In this document: one piece after another, positions 1 to 10,476 of the stretch
Numbering within the stretch: the stretch's first letter is position 1
Layout: each line of letters starts with the position of its first letter
Assembly (NCBI GenBank): GCA_963810095.1
Contig: CAWEMM010000013.1
Span: 116,355 to 180,354 of the forward strand
Direction: 5' to 3'
DNA: 64,000 bases
Origin: an uncultured Chloroflexia bacterium
GTDB taxonomy: Bacteria > Chloroflexota > Anaerolineae > CG2-30-64-16
Position numbers and translations under genes: made by a program
Notes under the pieces: generated by a model
What the model was told of the DNA's origin: nothing
Databases searched by the model: none
What the model saw: only the letters and a program-made list of their open reading frames with translations

Positions 1-1238
1 GCACGTGGGCCTTCTTCCTCGGGCTGTTGGCGGGGCTCCTGCTGATCGGCGGCTCGAACGCCTATACGACGGTGCTTGCGGCGCTCCTTGCGTTGGTGTG
101 GTTTGCGCGGGACGTGCGTCCCTGGTGGGCGGATGTGCGGCGGCAGGGCCGCTTCGTGCTGATCGGCTTGGGCGCGACGCTGCTGGTTGCCAGCTTCTTC
201 CTGTCCGAGCCCGCTGGGCTGGCGGCCGCGGCGGCCCTGCCCGGGCGCTGGCTGTCAGACCTGGTGCCCGGCGCCGGGGAGTATGCCACGCTGGAAATCG
301 GCTGGCGGCTGCTGCTGACGGAGTTGCTCGTGGTTGGCTTCGGCATCGCCGGCCTGATCCTGGCGATCCGGCGCAGGGATCGATTCGGCGCGTGGCTGGG
401 CGCGGCGACGGGCATCGCACTGCTGGTGGCACTGGTGGGCCGCGGCCGGCTGCCGGTCGACCTCGCACTCGTCGCGCTCGGATTGACCCTCCTGTCCGGT
501 CCGGCTATCGCCCGCGTCCTCCAGAACGCCTACGAGTACCGCCGCGACCGCGACCACTGGCTGCTGATCCTGGTGTCCATTGCGCTGCTGATCGCGGCCG
601 CGACGGCCATTCCCAGCGGCCTCAACCAGACGAACACGGCAGAGTGGCGCTCGCTTTACCTCGGTGTCGGCATCGCCTGCTTCATCATGGCGGTAATCGT
701 GCTGGTCGCGTATGGCGTCTGGGACTCCTGGCGCACGGTCGGGGCCGCGCTGCCGGTGGTTCTGCTTGTGTTCGGGCTGGCCTGGCAGATGGGGCAAATG
801 GTGTCGTTGGCCTACGACCGGGGCGCTTGGCGGCAAGCGGCCATGCTGCACGAGGCGCCGGCGACCGACTTGCAGGACCTCCAGAAGCTGCTGATCAACT
901 TTGGCGGGCTGACCGGCGGCGGCCGCGATGCGACGATCGACGTCGCGTGGCCGAACCTGGTCACCGATCCTGCGGTGCCCGTACTGCGGTGGCAGCTGCG
1001 CGATTTTGAGTCGGCGCGCTTCTCCGCTGCTCTGCCCACCGCGCCGGCCCGGGTGGTCATCACGCCTGCGGAGCAACAGGGGCGTCTCGACGGCTACTCG
1101 GGCGAGAGCTTCGGCGTGTTGCAGCGCTGGGCGCCAACGGAGTTGAACGACTGGCCCTCGATCCTGCGCTGGGTGCTGTACCGTGAGGCGCGCACCCCGG
1201 CCGACAAGACGCCGGCGATTTTCTGGGTCCGCTGGTAG
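1..1238 (+). CDS. Polytopic membrane protein, 5'-partial; probably GT-C/PMT-like, related to the downstream TIGR03663-type protein
   Basis: Many hydrophobic TM stretches, then a soluble C-terminal part (PVLRWQLRDF, PARVVITP) that parallels WPLEWYLRDY in the next gene; reading frame open to the window edge. Confidence 0.5.
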   Translation, partial: TWAFFLGLLAGLLLIGGSNAYTTVLAALLALVWFARDVRPWWADVRRQGRFVLIGLGATLLVASFFLSEPAGLAAAAALPGRWLSDLVPGAGEYATLEIGWRLLLTELLVVGFGIAGLILAIRRRDRFGAWLGAATGIALLVALVGRGRLPVDLALVALGLTLLSGPAIARVLQNAYEYRRDRDHWLLILVSIALLIAAATAIPSGLNQTNTAEWRSLYLGVGIACFIMAVIVLVAYGVWDSWRTVGAALPVVLLVFGLAWQMGQMVSLAYDRGAWRQAAMLHEAPATDLQDLQKLLINFGGLTGGGRDATIDVAWPNLVTDPAVPVLRWQLRDFESARFSAALPTAPARVVITPAEQQGRLDGYSGESFGVLQRWAPTELNDWPSILRWVLYREARTPADKTPAIFWVRW

Positions 1239-1258
1239 CGCTGAACGCTCATGGATCG

Positions 1259-1335
1259 TCACAGAAAGAACCAAAGAAACCAAGGCTCCACAAAGAGCTT
1301 TGTGCAACTTGTGTTCTCGGGTTCTTCGCGGTGAA
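1259..1335. repeat. Intergenic 9-nt-periodic imperfect palindrome, flavour A, copy 1
   Basis: TCACAGAAAGAACCAAAGAAACCAAGG..CACAAAG-AG-CTTTGTG..CTTGTGTTCTCGGGTTCTTCGCGGTGA; similar to 4779-4854 and to the reverse complement of 5164-5240. Confidence 0.75.
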
Positions 1336-1373
1336 CGAACGCTCCCGCAAAAGACATTATCACGGTGGTAACT

Positions 1374-4300
1374 ATGCAGAACGCCGAAACAAAGTCTCCC
1401 GGCTTTCTTGACCGGGCCTTTATCACATTCCTGAAACTCGACGGCGAGAAGATCGCGTGGATCGTTCTGATCCTGATCGCGCTGCTGTCGCGCACCATCA
1501 TGCTCGGCGCGCGGGCGATGACCCATGACGAGAGCCTGCACACGGTCTACTCGTTCCAGCTCTTCGACGGCCGCGGTTACCAGCACCAGCCGATGATGCA
1601 CGGGCCGCTCAAGTTCCTGCTGAACCCCGTCATGTACTTCCTGTTCGGGGTGAACGACTGGAGCGCACGCATCCAGGTCGCGCTCTTCGGCACGGTCATG
1701 GTCGCGGTCGTCTGGGTCATGCGCCGCTGGCTGGGCCGCACAGGCGCGTTCCTGACGGCCCTCATGTATACCGTTTCGCCTGCGCTCGTGTATCACAGCC
1801 GCTACATCCGCGACGAGGTCATGCTGACCAGCCTGCTGGTGATCCTCGTGATCTGCATGTTCCGCTACCTCGAGGAGCGGTCGCTGCCCTGGCTCGTCGG
1901 CACGGCGGTAACGCTGGCATTTGCGTTTCTGACGATGGAGGCCTCTTTCATCTTCGGCGGGGTGTTCGGCATCTTCCTCGTGCTTGCACTGGCCGCACAA
2001 CTGCTCACGGCGACGTGGCCGGGGCAGAACGGCGGCGCGCGGCGGGGCTCGTTCCGGGTTCTTGTCGCCGCGGCGCTGCCCCTGCTGTTTGTTGGCCTGC
2101 TCCTGGTAATCTTCAAGGCCAAGATTCCCGGCTTCGCGGCACTTGGCCTGGGCGGTCTGCTTGCACTCCTGGCGGTCGTGCTCGTCCTGAGCCAGTGGCG
2201 CTGGCGGCTGCGCATCTTCCGCGAGTTGGACCTGATCGTCTTGCTCCTCACGCTGGTGCTGCCGTTCCTGTCGGCCGTCGTGCTCAAGGCGGTGGGCTGG
2301 CAAATCAGTCAATTCAACAATCCGGGTCAGATCACGCTCCCGATGGTGTGGCAGGGGTTCCTCGTCCTGGGCATTCTGTTCGTGATCAGCGCCGTGCTCG
2401 GGTTCCTGTGGCTTCGTGAGCGATGGTTTGTCGCAGCGGGCGCGTTTTGGGCCATCGAGATCCTCTTCTTCACCACCTTCCTCACCAACGGCCAGGGCCT
2501 AGGCACGGGCTTGATCGGGTCGCTGGGCTACTGGATCGATCAGCAGGAGGTCATGCGTGGCGGTCAGCCGTGGTACTACTTCTACCTGATCGTGCCACTG
2601 TACGAGTTCATGCCGATGATCCTCAGCTTGATCGGCGGGGTCGCGGCCATCGTCTGGCTGGTCCGCCACGGCCGCGACGAGGCCCCGGTGACTGCCGAAC
2701 AGGCGCGGCAGACCGCCGCGGGTGCGGCGGCGGAAATGCCGGCCCTGGGCGCGCAGAAAGTGGCGCTTGCAGACGCAGCCGGTGCGGCTGACGACGGCGG
2801 TTCATCCGCTGCTCCGCTCTCGGTGCGGACGCTTTTCGTCGCCTTCCTCATATTCTGGCCCACGGCGACCTGGGCCATCTTCACGTATGTGGGCGAAAAG
2901 ATGCCGTGGCACACCGTCTACATGGCGACGTCGATGGCGCCGCTCGCGGGCTGGTGGCTCGGCCGGGTGATCGACGGCGTCGACTGGCGGGCGGGGCTGC
3001 GCAAGGGCATCGCCTGGCTCCTGTTGATGGTTCCGTTGTTCCTGGTCGCATTGAAAGCGGTTCTGCCGACCTCGACGCGGCGGCCGTTTGCGGATGTGAC
3101 GGTCGGTGGATTGAGCAACACAGCGCAATGGCTGCTCGGGCTTATCGCTGCGCTGGTGCTGATCTACTTCATTTACGACCGGATCGTGGCGCTGGGCTGG
3201 GATCAGAGCTGGCGCACGATCGTGGTGAGCCTGTCCGCGCTGCTGCTGATCTTTACCGTCAGCGTTTCCTATCGTTTCAACTTCATCAACTATGACTACG
3301 CGACCGAGCCCATGGTGTACGCCCATTCGACGCCCGACGTGAAGCTCGCCATGGCGCAGATCGAGGAGCTTTCGCGCAAGACCGCGGGCGACCACGCCAT
3401 TAAGGTGTCATACGACGACGACTCGACCTGGCCGCTCGAGTGGTACCTGCGTGACTACCCGAATAAGCTCTACTTCGGGGCAAATCCATCGCGTGACGCC
3501 GTCGACTCCCCCGTCGTGTTGGTGGGCGACAAGAACCTCACGAAGGTCAAGCCGTACCTGGGCGAGCGGTATTACGAGTTCCCCTACCGGCTGATCTGGT
3601 GGCCGCGCGAGACATACAAGGGGCTGACTCTGCAGCGCATCGTCGACGGCATTAAGGACCCGGTGCAGCGGGGCCAGTTCTGGGATATCGTGCTGCACCG
3701 CCGCTACACGACCAAGACCGCGCAGTGGGACCCGATCCACCGGTTCAGTATGTTTGTGCGGAAAGACATCGCGTCGCAGGTGTGGCAGTGGGGGGCGGCG
3801 CCGGCGACGGGTGGCGGCGAAGGCGTGCCTGCAGTGGACCCGTATGCAGCGGGCCAGAAGCAGATCGCGGCGGTCCAGCAGATCGGCGTGACCGGGCAGC
3901 CGGGGACCGGGCAGGGCCAGCTCAACTTCCCACGGGCCGTCACGGTCGACAAGGCCGGCAACGTCTACGTCGCCGACTCGGGCAACAACCGGATCGTCGT
4001 GTTCGGGCCGGACGGCACGTTCCTGCGCCAGTGGGGCTCGACGTGCAAGCTCGACACGGGCGAGGGCTGCGTGGACGGCGGCAAGGGGCAGTTCAACGAG
4101 CCGTGGGGCATCGCAGTGGGCGCCGACGGCAGCGTGTACGTCTCTGACACGTGGAACCATCGCATCCAGAAGTTCACGAACACGGGCGAGTTCGTCACCA
4201 TGTGGGGGAGCTTCGGGTCGACCGGAGGCGAGTTGGGGCAGGAGAACCTGCTCTACGGGCCGCGCACCGTGACCGTCGGACTGGATGGCAACGTCTCGGT

Positions 4301-4775
4301 CATGGACACGGGCAACAAGCGCGTCCAGGTCTTCACACCCGACGGCGCCTTCGTCCAGCAGTGGGGCGGCGGGGGTGTGGTCGAGGGACGCTTTGACGAG
4401 CCGGTCGGCCTGGCCCAGGACGGTGATGGCAACTGGTTCGTCGCCGACACCTGGAACAAGCGCATCCAGAAGTTCAACCCCGTGTTCGAGTACCAGGCCC
4501 AGTGGCCCGTGAACGGCTGGCCGAGCCAGTCCGTCGTGAACAAACCGGCGCTGGCAGTCGATCCCGAGCGAAAGCTCGTGTACGCAGTGGACCCGGACAA
4601 CTACCGGGTGCTGGCGTGGGACACGAACGGTGCGTTCAAGGCAACGTGGGGCATGTACGGCAACGACCAGCAGTCGTTCACCCTGCCGACCGGCATTGCC
4701 GTTGGGCCGGAGGGGAAGGTGTACGTGGCCGACGGGGACTCGCACCGGATCATGATCTTCCCGCCTCTGCAGTAG
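1374..4775 (+). CDS. TIGR03663-like GT-C membrane glycosyltransferase fused to a C-terminal NHL-repeat beta-propeller
   Basis: MTHDESLH and YQHQPMMHGP motifs, many TM segments, C-terminal NHL repeats (FPRAVTVD..VYVADSGNNRI, FNEPWGIAV..VYVSDTWNHRIQKF); alternative start GTG 1365. Confidence 0.75.
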   Translation: MQNAETKSPGFLDRAFITFLKLDGEKIAWIVLILIALLSRTIMLGARAMTHDESLHTVYSFQLFDGRGYQHQPMMHGPLKFLLNPVMYFLFGVNDWSARIQVALFGTVMVAVVWVMRRWLGRTGAFLTALMYTVSPALVYHSRYIRDEVMLTSLLVILVICMFRYLEERSLPWLVGTAVTLAFAFLTMEASFIFGGVFGIFLVLALAAQLLTATWPGQNGGARRGSFRVLVAAALPLLFVGLLLVIFKAKIPGFAALGLGGLLALLAVVLVLSQWRWRLRIFRELDLIVLLLTLVLPFLSAVVLKAVGWQISQFNNPGQITLPMVWQGFLVLGILFVISAVLGFLWLRERWFVAAGAFWAIEILFFTTFLTNGQGLGTGLIGSLGYWIDQQEVMRGGQPWYYFYLIVPLYEFMPMILSLIGGVAAIVWLVRHGRDEAPVTAEQARQTAAGAAAEMPALGAQKVALADAAGAADDGGSSAAPLSVRTLFVAFLIFWPTATWAIFTYVGEKMPWHTVYMATSMAPLAGWWLGRVIDGVDWRAGLRKGIAWLLLMVPLFLVALKAVLPTSTRRPFADVTVGGLSNTAQWLLGLIAALVLIYFIYDRIVALGWDQSWRTIVVSLSALLLIFTVSVSYRFNFINYDYATEPMVYAHSTPDVKLAMAQIEELSRKTAGDHAIKVSYDDDSTWPLEWYLRDYPNKLYFGANPSRDAVDSPVVLVGDKNLTKVKPYLGERYYEFPYRLIWWPRETYKGLTLQRIVDGIKDPVQRGQFWDIVLHRRYTTKTAQWDPIHRFSMFVRKDIASQVWQWGAAPATGGGEGVPAVDPYAAGQKQIAAVQQIGVTGQPGTGQGQLNFPRAVTVDKAGNVYVADSGNNRIVVFGPDGTFLRQWGSTCKLDTGEGCVDGGKGQFNEPWGIAVGADGSVYVSDTWNHRIQKFTNTGEFVTMWGSFGSTGGELGQENLLYGPRTVTVGLDGNVSVMDTGNKRVQVFTPDGAFVQQWGGGGVVEGRFDEPVGLAQDGDGNWFVADTWNKRIQKFNPVFEYQAQWPVNGWPSQSVVNKPALAVDPERKLVYAVDPDNYRVLAWDTNGAFKATWGMYGNDQQSFTLPTGIAVGPEGKVYVADGDSHRIMIFPPLQ

Positions 4776-4778
4776 CAG

Positions 4779-4854
4779 TCACAGTAAGAACCAAAGAAGA
4801 GAAGGTGCACAAAGAAAACTTCGTGCACCTTTTTCTCTTTGTGCCTTTGTGGTA
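4779..4854. repeat. Intergenic 9-nt-periodic palindrome, flavour A, copy 2
   Basis: TCACAGTAAGAACCAAAGAAGAGAAGGTGCACAAAG..CTTCGTGCACCTTTTTCTCTTTGTGCCTTTGTGG, right after a stop codon. Confidence 0.75.
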
Positions 4855-4895
4855 TATCATAGGTGACGTCATCCACTCACTCAAGGAGGCTTCGT

Positions 4896-5156
4896 ATGCC
4901 CGACTTGAAAACCCAGTTCGAGCAGGCCACTCAGGACGTCCAGAAGTTGCCCAAGAAGCCCGACGACAAGACCATGCTCAGCCTGTACGCGTTCTACAAA
5001 CAGGCGACCACCGGCGACGTGCAGGGCGCCAGGCCGACCGGGTTTGACATGGTGGGCAAGGCCAAGTATGACGCATGGGCGAAGGTCAAGGGCACATCCT
5101 CCGACATGGCGATGCAGGCGTACATCGAGCTGGTGAAGCGACTGCAAGGCAGCTAA
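4896..5156 (+). CDS. Acyl-CoA-binding protein (ACBP)
   Basis: LYAFYKQATTGD and KAKYDAW signatures; AAGGAGG RBS. Confidence 0.93.
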   Translation: MPDLKTQFEQATQDVQKLPKKPDDKTMLSLYAFYKQATTGDVQGARPTGFDMVGKAKYDAWAKVKGTSSDMAMQAYIELVKRLQGS

Positions 5157-5163
5157 TGACCAG

Positions 5164-5240
5164 ACACGAAGAACCCCAGAACCTAAGTCGCACTAAGCCG
5201 GCCTTAGTAAACCTTCGGGTTCTTCCGTTCTTTGTGTGAA
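5164..5240. repeat. Intergenic 9-nt-periodic palindrome, flavour A, copy 3 (reverse orientation)
   Basis: Reverse complement TCACACAAAGAACGGAAGAACCCGAAGG..CTTAGTGCGACTTAGGTTCTGGGGTTCTTCGTG aligns with copy 1. Confidence 0.75.
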
Positions 5241-5333
5241 GACAGTGATCCCAACTGCGACACCTTCCAGGTGACACAATGACGTGTCACCCTTTGCATT
5301 TCCCTTGGCAGCTTTGACATCAGGAGGCGCGCG

Positions 5334-6506
5334 TTGAAACTGCAGGAATTCCAGGCAAAACGCATCTTTGGACAGTATGGCATTCCTGTGCCCTCGGGCG
5401 ATGTGGCGACGACCCCGGCCGAGGCCCGGGCCATTGCCGAGAAGCTCGGGGGCGCGGTCGTGGTGAAGTCGCAGGTGCTGGTGGGCGGCCGCGGCAAGGC
5501 CGGGGGCATCAAGCTGGCCAAAACGCCCGATGAGGCGGAGCAGGCGGCCGGCCGTATCCTCGGGATGGACATCAAGGGACTGACCGTCAAGAAGGTGCTC
5601 GTCGACCCCGCCGCCGACATCAAGAATGAGATTTACCTCGGCATGATCCTCGACCGGGGCCGCCGGCGTGTGATCCTGATGGCCTCGGCCGCGGGCGGCA
5701 TGGACATCGAGGAAGTGGCGGCGACCACGCCTGAGAAGATTATTACGGTGCCGATCGACCCGTGCCTGGGGCTGCGCGAGTACCAGACGCGCGATGTGGC
5801 GCTCGCCATGGGCCTGCCGCGTGAGCAAATGGCCCAGTTTACCCAGATTTGCCAGGGTCTCTACAACTGTTACATGGGCATCGACGCGAGCCTGGCCGAG
5901 ATCAACCCCCTGGCGGTGCTCGGCGATGGCACGCTCAAGGCGCTCGACGGCAAGATCGTTCTCGACGACAGCGCCCTGTTCCGGCACGCTGACCTGGCGG
6001 CTATGCGCGACGAGGATGAGGAGACGGCAGAGGAGAAGGAAGCGCGACTGGCGGGGCTGAGCTACATCCAGCTCGACGGGGAAATCGGCTGCATGGTCAA
6101 TGGGGCCGGCCTCGCGATGGCGACCATGGATATCATCAAGCTGTACGGGGGCGAGCCGGCGAACTTCCTCGACGTGGGCGGCGGCGCCAAGGCCGACAAG
6201 GTGGCCACCGCGCTGCGCATTATCCTGCGCGATCCAAAGGTCAAGGCCGTTCTGTTCAACATTTTCGGCGGCATCACGCGGGGCGACGAAGTGGCCCGGG
6301 GCATTCTGCAGGCCCTCCAAGAGGTGCCGACCGAGGTGCCGATGGTCGTCCGTCTGGTTGGCACGAACGCCGAGGAAGGCCGGGCAATCCTGGCCGACGC
6401 CCAGATGATGACGGCAGAAACGCTTGCCGAGGCCGCACAGAAGGCCGTCGCGGCGGCTCTAGGCGCCGGCGCACAGGGGCCTGTCGCACAGGGAGGGCAC
6501 GTATGA
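5334..6506 (+). CDS. sucC: Succinyl-CoA ligase beta subunit
   Basis: [36 protein letters not shown] motifs; CAGGAGG RBS, TTG start. Confidence 0.97.
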   Translation: MKLQEFQAKRIFGQYGIPVPSGDVATTPAEARAIAEKLGGAVVVKSQVLVGGRGKAGGIKLAKTPDEAEQAAGRILGMDIKGLTVKKVLVDPAADIKNEIYLGMILDRGRRRVILMASAAGGMDIEEVAATTPEKIITVPIDPCLGLREYQTRDVALAMGLPREQMAQFTQICQGLYNCYMGIDASLAEINPLAVLGDGTLKALDGKIVLDDSALFRHADLAAMRDEDEETAEEKEARLAGLSYIQLDGEIGCMVNGAGLAMATMDIIKLYGGEPANFLDVGGGAKADKVATALRIILRDPKVKAVLFNIFGGITRGDEVARGILQALQEVPTEVPMVVRLVGTNAEEGRAILADAQMMTAETLAEAAQKAVAAALGAGAQGPVAQGGHV

Positions 6507-7372
6507 GCATCCTGGTCAACAAAGATACCCGCCTCGTCGTGCAGGGCATCACCGGCCGCGAGGGCGCGTTCCACACCGAGCAGATGATCGCCTACGGCAC
6601 TAACGTGGTCGCCGGGGTAACCCCAGGGAAGGGTGGCGGCTGGGCGGTCGGCAATGTGCCCATCTTCGACAGCTGCGCCGAGGCGGTGAACGCAACCGGC
6701 GCCAACGTGAGCATTATCTATGTTCCGGCCAAGGCCGCGCCGGATTCGATCCTCGAAGCGGCCGACGCGCGGATCCCGCTGGTTATCTGCATCACCGAGG
6801 GCATCCCCGCGCTCGATATGCTGCGGGTCCGGGCGTACCTCGACGGCGTGAAGTCGCGCCTGATCGGGCCGAACTGCCCGGGCTTGATCACGCCGAACGA
6901 GGCAAAGGTGGGCATCATGCCCGGGTACATCCACTCCCGCGGCAACGTGGGCCTGGTCAGCCGGTCGGGCACGCTGACGTATGAAGTGGTGTACGCGCTC
7001 ACGCAGCGTGGCATCGGCCAGTCGACGGCGGTGGGCATTGGCGGCGACCCGATCAACGGCTCCAGTTTTGTCGACGTCCTGCGGCTGTTTGAAGACGACC
7101 CCGAAACCCGCCAGGTCGTGATGATCGGCGAGATCGGCGGCACCGACGAGGAGAAGGCCGCAGAGTTCATCGCGACCGAGATGACCAAGCCGGTCACCGC
7201 GTTCATTGCCGGGCAGACTGCGCCGCCGGGCAAACGGATGGGGCACGCGGGCGCGATTATCAGCGGCGGCAAGGGCACGGCCGCAGACAAAATCCATGCG
7301 CTCGAGGGCGCCGGCGTGCGTGTGGCCCGGCATCCTGGCGAGATCGCCGAGCTGGTCGCTGCTCTGATGTGA
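6503..7372 (+). CDS. sucD: Succinyl-CoA ligase alpha subunit
   Basis: VQGITG, GPNCPG, RMGHAGA phospho-His motif; ATGA overlap with sucC. Confidence 0.97.
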   Translation: MSILVNKDTRLVVQGITGREGAFHTEQMIAYGTNVVAGVTPGKGGGWAVGNVPIFDSCAEAVNATGANVSIIYVPAKAAPDSILEAADARIPLVICITEGIPALDMLRVRAYLDGVKSRLIGPNCPGLITPNEAKVGIMPGYIHSRGNVGLVSRSGTLTYEVVYALTQRGIGQSTAVGIGGDPINGSSFVDVLRLFEDDPETRQVVMIGEIGGTDEEKAAEFIATEMTKPVTAFIAGQTAPPGKRMGHAGAIISGGKGTAADKIHALEGAGVRVARHPGEIAELVAALM

Positions 7373-7382
7373 ACCAGTCGAG

Positions 7383-7472
7383 GCCGCCACGAATTATGCG
7401 AATTGCACGAATTTGGCGAATTCCGGCTACAAGGTTCGTTCGATTCGTCGGATTCGGGTAATTCGTGGCGGC
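7383..7472. repeat. Intergenic 9-nt-periodic palindrome, flavour B (CGAAT units)
   Basis: 14-bp perfect terminal IR GCCGCCACGAATTA/TAATTCGTGGCGGC; four CGAATT units at 9-nt spacing mirrored by TTCG units. Confidence 0.8.
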
Positions 7473-7488
7473 GCCGCAGGCAGACAGC

Positions 7489-9006
7489 ATGATCGATCAA
7501 GTCATCGAGTTTGTACGACGTGAGGGGCGACCGGCGTGGCTGGTCGGCGGGTATGTGCGCGACCGGCTGATGGAACGCGAGACCCACGACCTGGACGTCA
7601 TCGTTCCCGACGGCGGTATTCGATTGGCGCGCCGGCTGGCCGATGCGCTGCACGGGGCGTCCTTCATCCTCGACGCCGCCCGCGACGTCGGGCGCGCTAT
7701 CATCCCACTCCCGGGCGGCGACTCGCTTGAGGTCGACGTCGCGCGGCTGCGCGAGCCGGACCTTGCCGACGACCTTGCCCTGCGCGATTTCACCGTCAAT
7801 GCGATGGCGCGGGACCTGACGCGTGCGGACCTCGCCCTCGTCGACCCGTTCGACGGCCAGGCCGACCTCGGGCGCAGGCTGCTGCGAGCCGTCACCGAGG
7901 GCGCGTTTGTCGACGATCCACTGCGCATTCTGCGCGGGGTGCGCATGGTAGCCGAGATGGGCTTCCGGATCGAAGGCGCGACGTTCAACCTGATGCGCCG
8001 GGACGCCTATTTGCTGCCTTCTGCCGCGCCCGAGCGCGGGCGCGAAGAACTGATGCGAATCATTGTCGCGCCTTCGGGCTGGCAACACCTGCGCCTGCTG
8101 TCTGAGTTGGCGCTGCTGCAGTACGTGCTGCCTGAGTCGGCCGCGCAGGTGGGGGTGGCGCAATCGCCGCCGCATTACCAGGATGTTTTCGACCACAGCC
8201 GGAGCGTGCTGGGTCACCTGTCCGGCCTCTACGCACTCATTTGGCCCGGTGGACCGTTCGGCCTGCCCGTTCCGGGCGATGACGCGACAGTCGTCGCGAG
8301 CGGGGGCCAGTGGGAGCAGGTAAGCGAGCTTCTGGCGCCCTACCAGGCAGAATTGCGCGGGCACCTGCAACTGCCCCTGGCGGCCGGCCGCACGCGGCGG
8401 GACCTGCTGTGTTGGGCCGCGGTCGCGCACGACTGGGGCAAGCCGGCCAAGCGGACGTTGGAAGGCGAGACGGGGCGCATCCGGTTCTTCGATCACGATC
8501 ACTGGGGGGCGCTGTTGGTCGAGGCGCGGCTGGGCGCACTGCGGTTTTCAGGCGACGAGATCGCCTACGTGGCGCGGCTGACCGACCTCCACATGCGGCC
8601 CGGCGAGTTGGCGCACGAATACCCGTTCACCCGCCGAGCGGAGTACCGCTTCTTCAGGGATGCGGAGAGCGCGGGGCCCGACGTGGTGCTGCTGAGCCTG
8701 GCTGACCATTTGGCCACCCATGCCCGCGCTCCCGAGGCGGGGCGGTGGGAGACGCGGCTGAAGACCAGCGCCCAACTGCTCGAATCGTTCTTTCGCGCCC
8801 ATGCGCAGCGTGTGGCGCCTGCCCCGCTCCTCAACGGCCGGCAGGTCATGGCCGAACTGGACCTGCCGCCCGGTCCGCAGATCGGGCAGTTGCTCGACGG
8901 ACTCCGCGAGGCCCAGGCAACCGGCGAGGTGCGCTCTGAAGCGGAAGCGTGGGCGTGGCTGGCGGCGCAGGCCGAGCCGCAGCGGGCGGTGCGAGGACAG
9001 GACTGA
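7489..9006 (+). CDS. CCA-adding enzyme/poly(A) polymerase family nucleotidyltransferase with HD domain
   Basis: [28 protein letters not shown] and HDWGK motifs. Confidence 0.9.
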   Translation: MIDQVIEFVRREGRPAWLVGGYVRDRLMERETHDLDVIVPDGGIRLARRLADALHGASFILDAARDVGRAIIPLPGGDSLEVDVARLREPDLADDLALRDFTVNAMARDLTRADLALVDPFDGQADLGRRLLRAVTEGAFVDDPLRILRGVRMVAEMGFRIEGATFNLMRRDAYLLPSAAPERGREELMRIIVAPSGWQHLRLLSELALLQYVLPESAAQVGVAQSPPHYQDVFDHSRSVLGHLSGLYALIWPGGPFGLPVPGDDATVVASGGQWEQVSELLAPYQAELRGHLQLPLAAGRTRRDLLCWAAVAHDWGKPAKRTLEGETGRIRFFDHDHWGALLVEARLGALRFSGDEIAYVARLTDLHMRPGELAHEYPFTRRAEYRFFRDAESAGPDVVLLSLADHLATHARAPEAGRWETRLKTSAQLLESFFRAHAQRVAPAPLLNGRQVMAELDLPPGPQIGQLLDGLREAQATGEVRSEAEAWAWLAAQAEPQRAVRGQD

Positions 9007-9744
9007 TGCTGGCCGTCGAGATTGCGGTCGCCAAGGTTGCCAAGTACGCGGTGCGCGAGAGCGGCGACTCGGTGGAAGTGATCGAGCGGCCCAACGGCGG
9101 GCTTTCCGTCGTGATGGTGGATGGGCAGCGGAGCGGGCTCTCGGCCAAGGCGATCAGCAATCTCGCGGTGCGGAAGGCGATCAGCCTGCTGGCGGAGGGG
9201 GTGCGGGACGGCGCCGTCGCGCGCGACGCACGACTTCCTGCGGACGCAGCGCGGCGGACAGGTCTCTGCCGAGCTGACTATCCTGTCGGTTGATCTTGAA
9301 TCGCGCACGATCGTCGTGTCTCGGAACTCCCAATGTCCGGTGATGATCTGGGAGGCGCCGTGCGAGGGCGCGGAGCCCAAGTGGACCGCGCTGGACGAGC
9401 CGGCCAGCACCGTGGGCGTGGGCAGCCGGGTCAAGCCGGTGATTTCCGAGCGGGCGCTGGCAGCCGAGCAGGTATTCGTGGCCTTCACCGACGGCGTCCT
9501 GCACGCCGGCATGCGCAGTGGGATGCCGCTGAACGTGTCGGCCGTCCTCGAGGGTCTCTGTGGAGGCGCCCTACCTGCGGCGCAGTTCCTGGCCGATTGC
9601 TTGCTAAACGCAGCCCTGCACGCGGATGCGAACCGGCCGGGCGACGACACGACCGTCGTCGTCCTTCGGGTCTTCGAACGCCAGCCGGAAGATCCTCTAC
9701 AGGTCCGGCGAATGACGGTTTCATTCCCCGTGCCGGCGGTTTAG
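9006..9744 (+). CDS. PP2C/SpoIIE-family phosphatase, frameshifted near 9222
   Basis: ESGDSVE and VDGQRSG in one frame; FTDGV and GDDTTV in another, joined at a GCGCGCG run. Confidence 0.8.
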
Positions 9745-9745
9745 A

Positions 9746-9820
9746 AACCACAAAGACACGAAGGCTCGAAGGCGCCCCAAGCTGCTCCGCATGCCTTTGG
9801 TTCTTCGGTCCTTTGTGGTG
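9746..9820. repeat. Intergenic 9-nt-periodic palindrome, flavour A, copy 4
   Basis: ACCACAAAGACACGAAGGCTCGAAGGC..GCCTTTGGTTCTTCGGTCCTTTGTGGT, just after the stop codon. Confidence 0.8.
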
Positions 9821-9829
9821 AGGTGGTGT

Positions 9830-10189
9830 TTGGACGAGCGAAGGCCTCTCATCGCCGTCGTTGGGGTGTGCGCATCGGGCAAGTCGACGCTGGTAGCCGG
9901 GCTGCGGGCGCATGGGTTCAACGCGCGGCAGGTGCTCCAGGAGCACTCCTATGTCCCCTACATGTGGCAGCGCATCACCAATCCCGACCTTCTGATCTAC
10001 CTGGATTGCACCATCGAGACGACACGCGCGCGCCGTCATGACCGGAACTTCGAGCGCTGGATTCTGGACGAGGAGCGCCGGCGGCTCGAGCATGCCCGCG
10101 AGCACTGTCACCTGTATTTGTCCACGGATCGATTAACGCCCGACGAGATTCTTTCACGGGCGGTGGCGTTCCTGCGTTCGAATGCATAG
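9830..10189 (+). CDS. Small P-loop, NMP-kinase-like protein of unknown function
   Basis: Walker A GVCASGKST; PDLLIYLD strand; GAGGTG RBS, TTG start. Confidence 0.7.
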   Translation: MDERRPLIAVVGVCASGKSTLVAGLRAHGFNARQVLQEHSYVPYMWQRITNPDLLIYLDCTIETTRARRHDRNFERWILDEERRRLEHAREHCHLYLSTDRLTPDEILSRAVAFLRSNA

Positions 10190-10191
10190 TG

Positions 10192-10318
10192 TTTTGTCGG
10201 GGGCGGGCGGGCCCGGTTGCCCCTGCACGGCAGGGATCTCGTCGTCGGGCCGGCGGGCCCCGTTGCCCCTTGCACAGCAGGGCTCTCGTCGTCGGGGGCC
10301 GGCCGGCCCCCAACAAAA
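10192..10318. repeat. About 2.5 tandem copies of a 47-48 bp GC-rich unit, bounded by an imperfect inverted repeat
   Basis: Units at 10196-10243, 10244-10290 and partial 10291-10310; ends TTTTGTCGGGGG / CCCCCAACAAAA. Confidence 0.75.
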
Positions 10319-10357
10319 GAAGCATCATTGTCCCGGTGTAAAAACTCCGTATCCTTT

Positions 10358-10386
10358 TTGACACTGCGCGACCGCGGCGGTATAAT
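10358..10386 (+). promoter_or_regulatory. Consensus sigma70/sigmaA promoter for secDF
   Basis: TTGACA-17 bp-TATAAT. Confidence 0.85.
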
Positions 10387-10476
10387 CATTCTGTTGTGCC
10401 CCGCAAGGACCTTGCGGGGCTACTTACGCCCACGTCATTCATTCGTCGGGCCCGAGCTCATTTGCGGGAGAAGAGC

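Noticed and set aside
10192-10318. Possible mini CRISPR array
   Set aside because: Units are contiguous with no unique spacers, and there are no cas genes in the window
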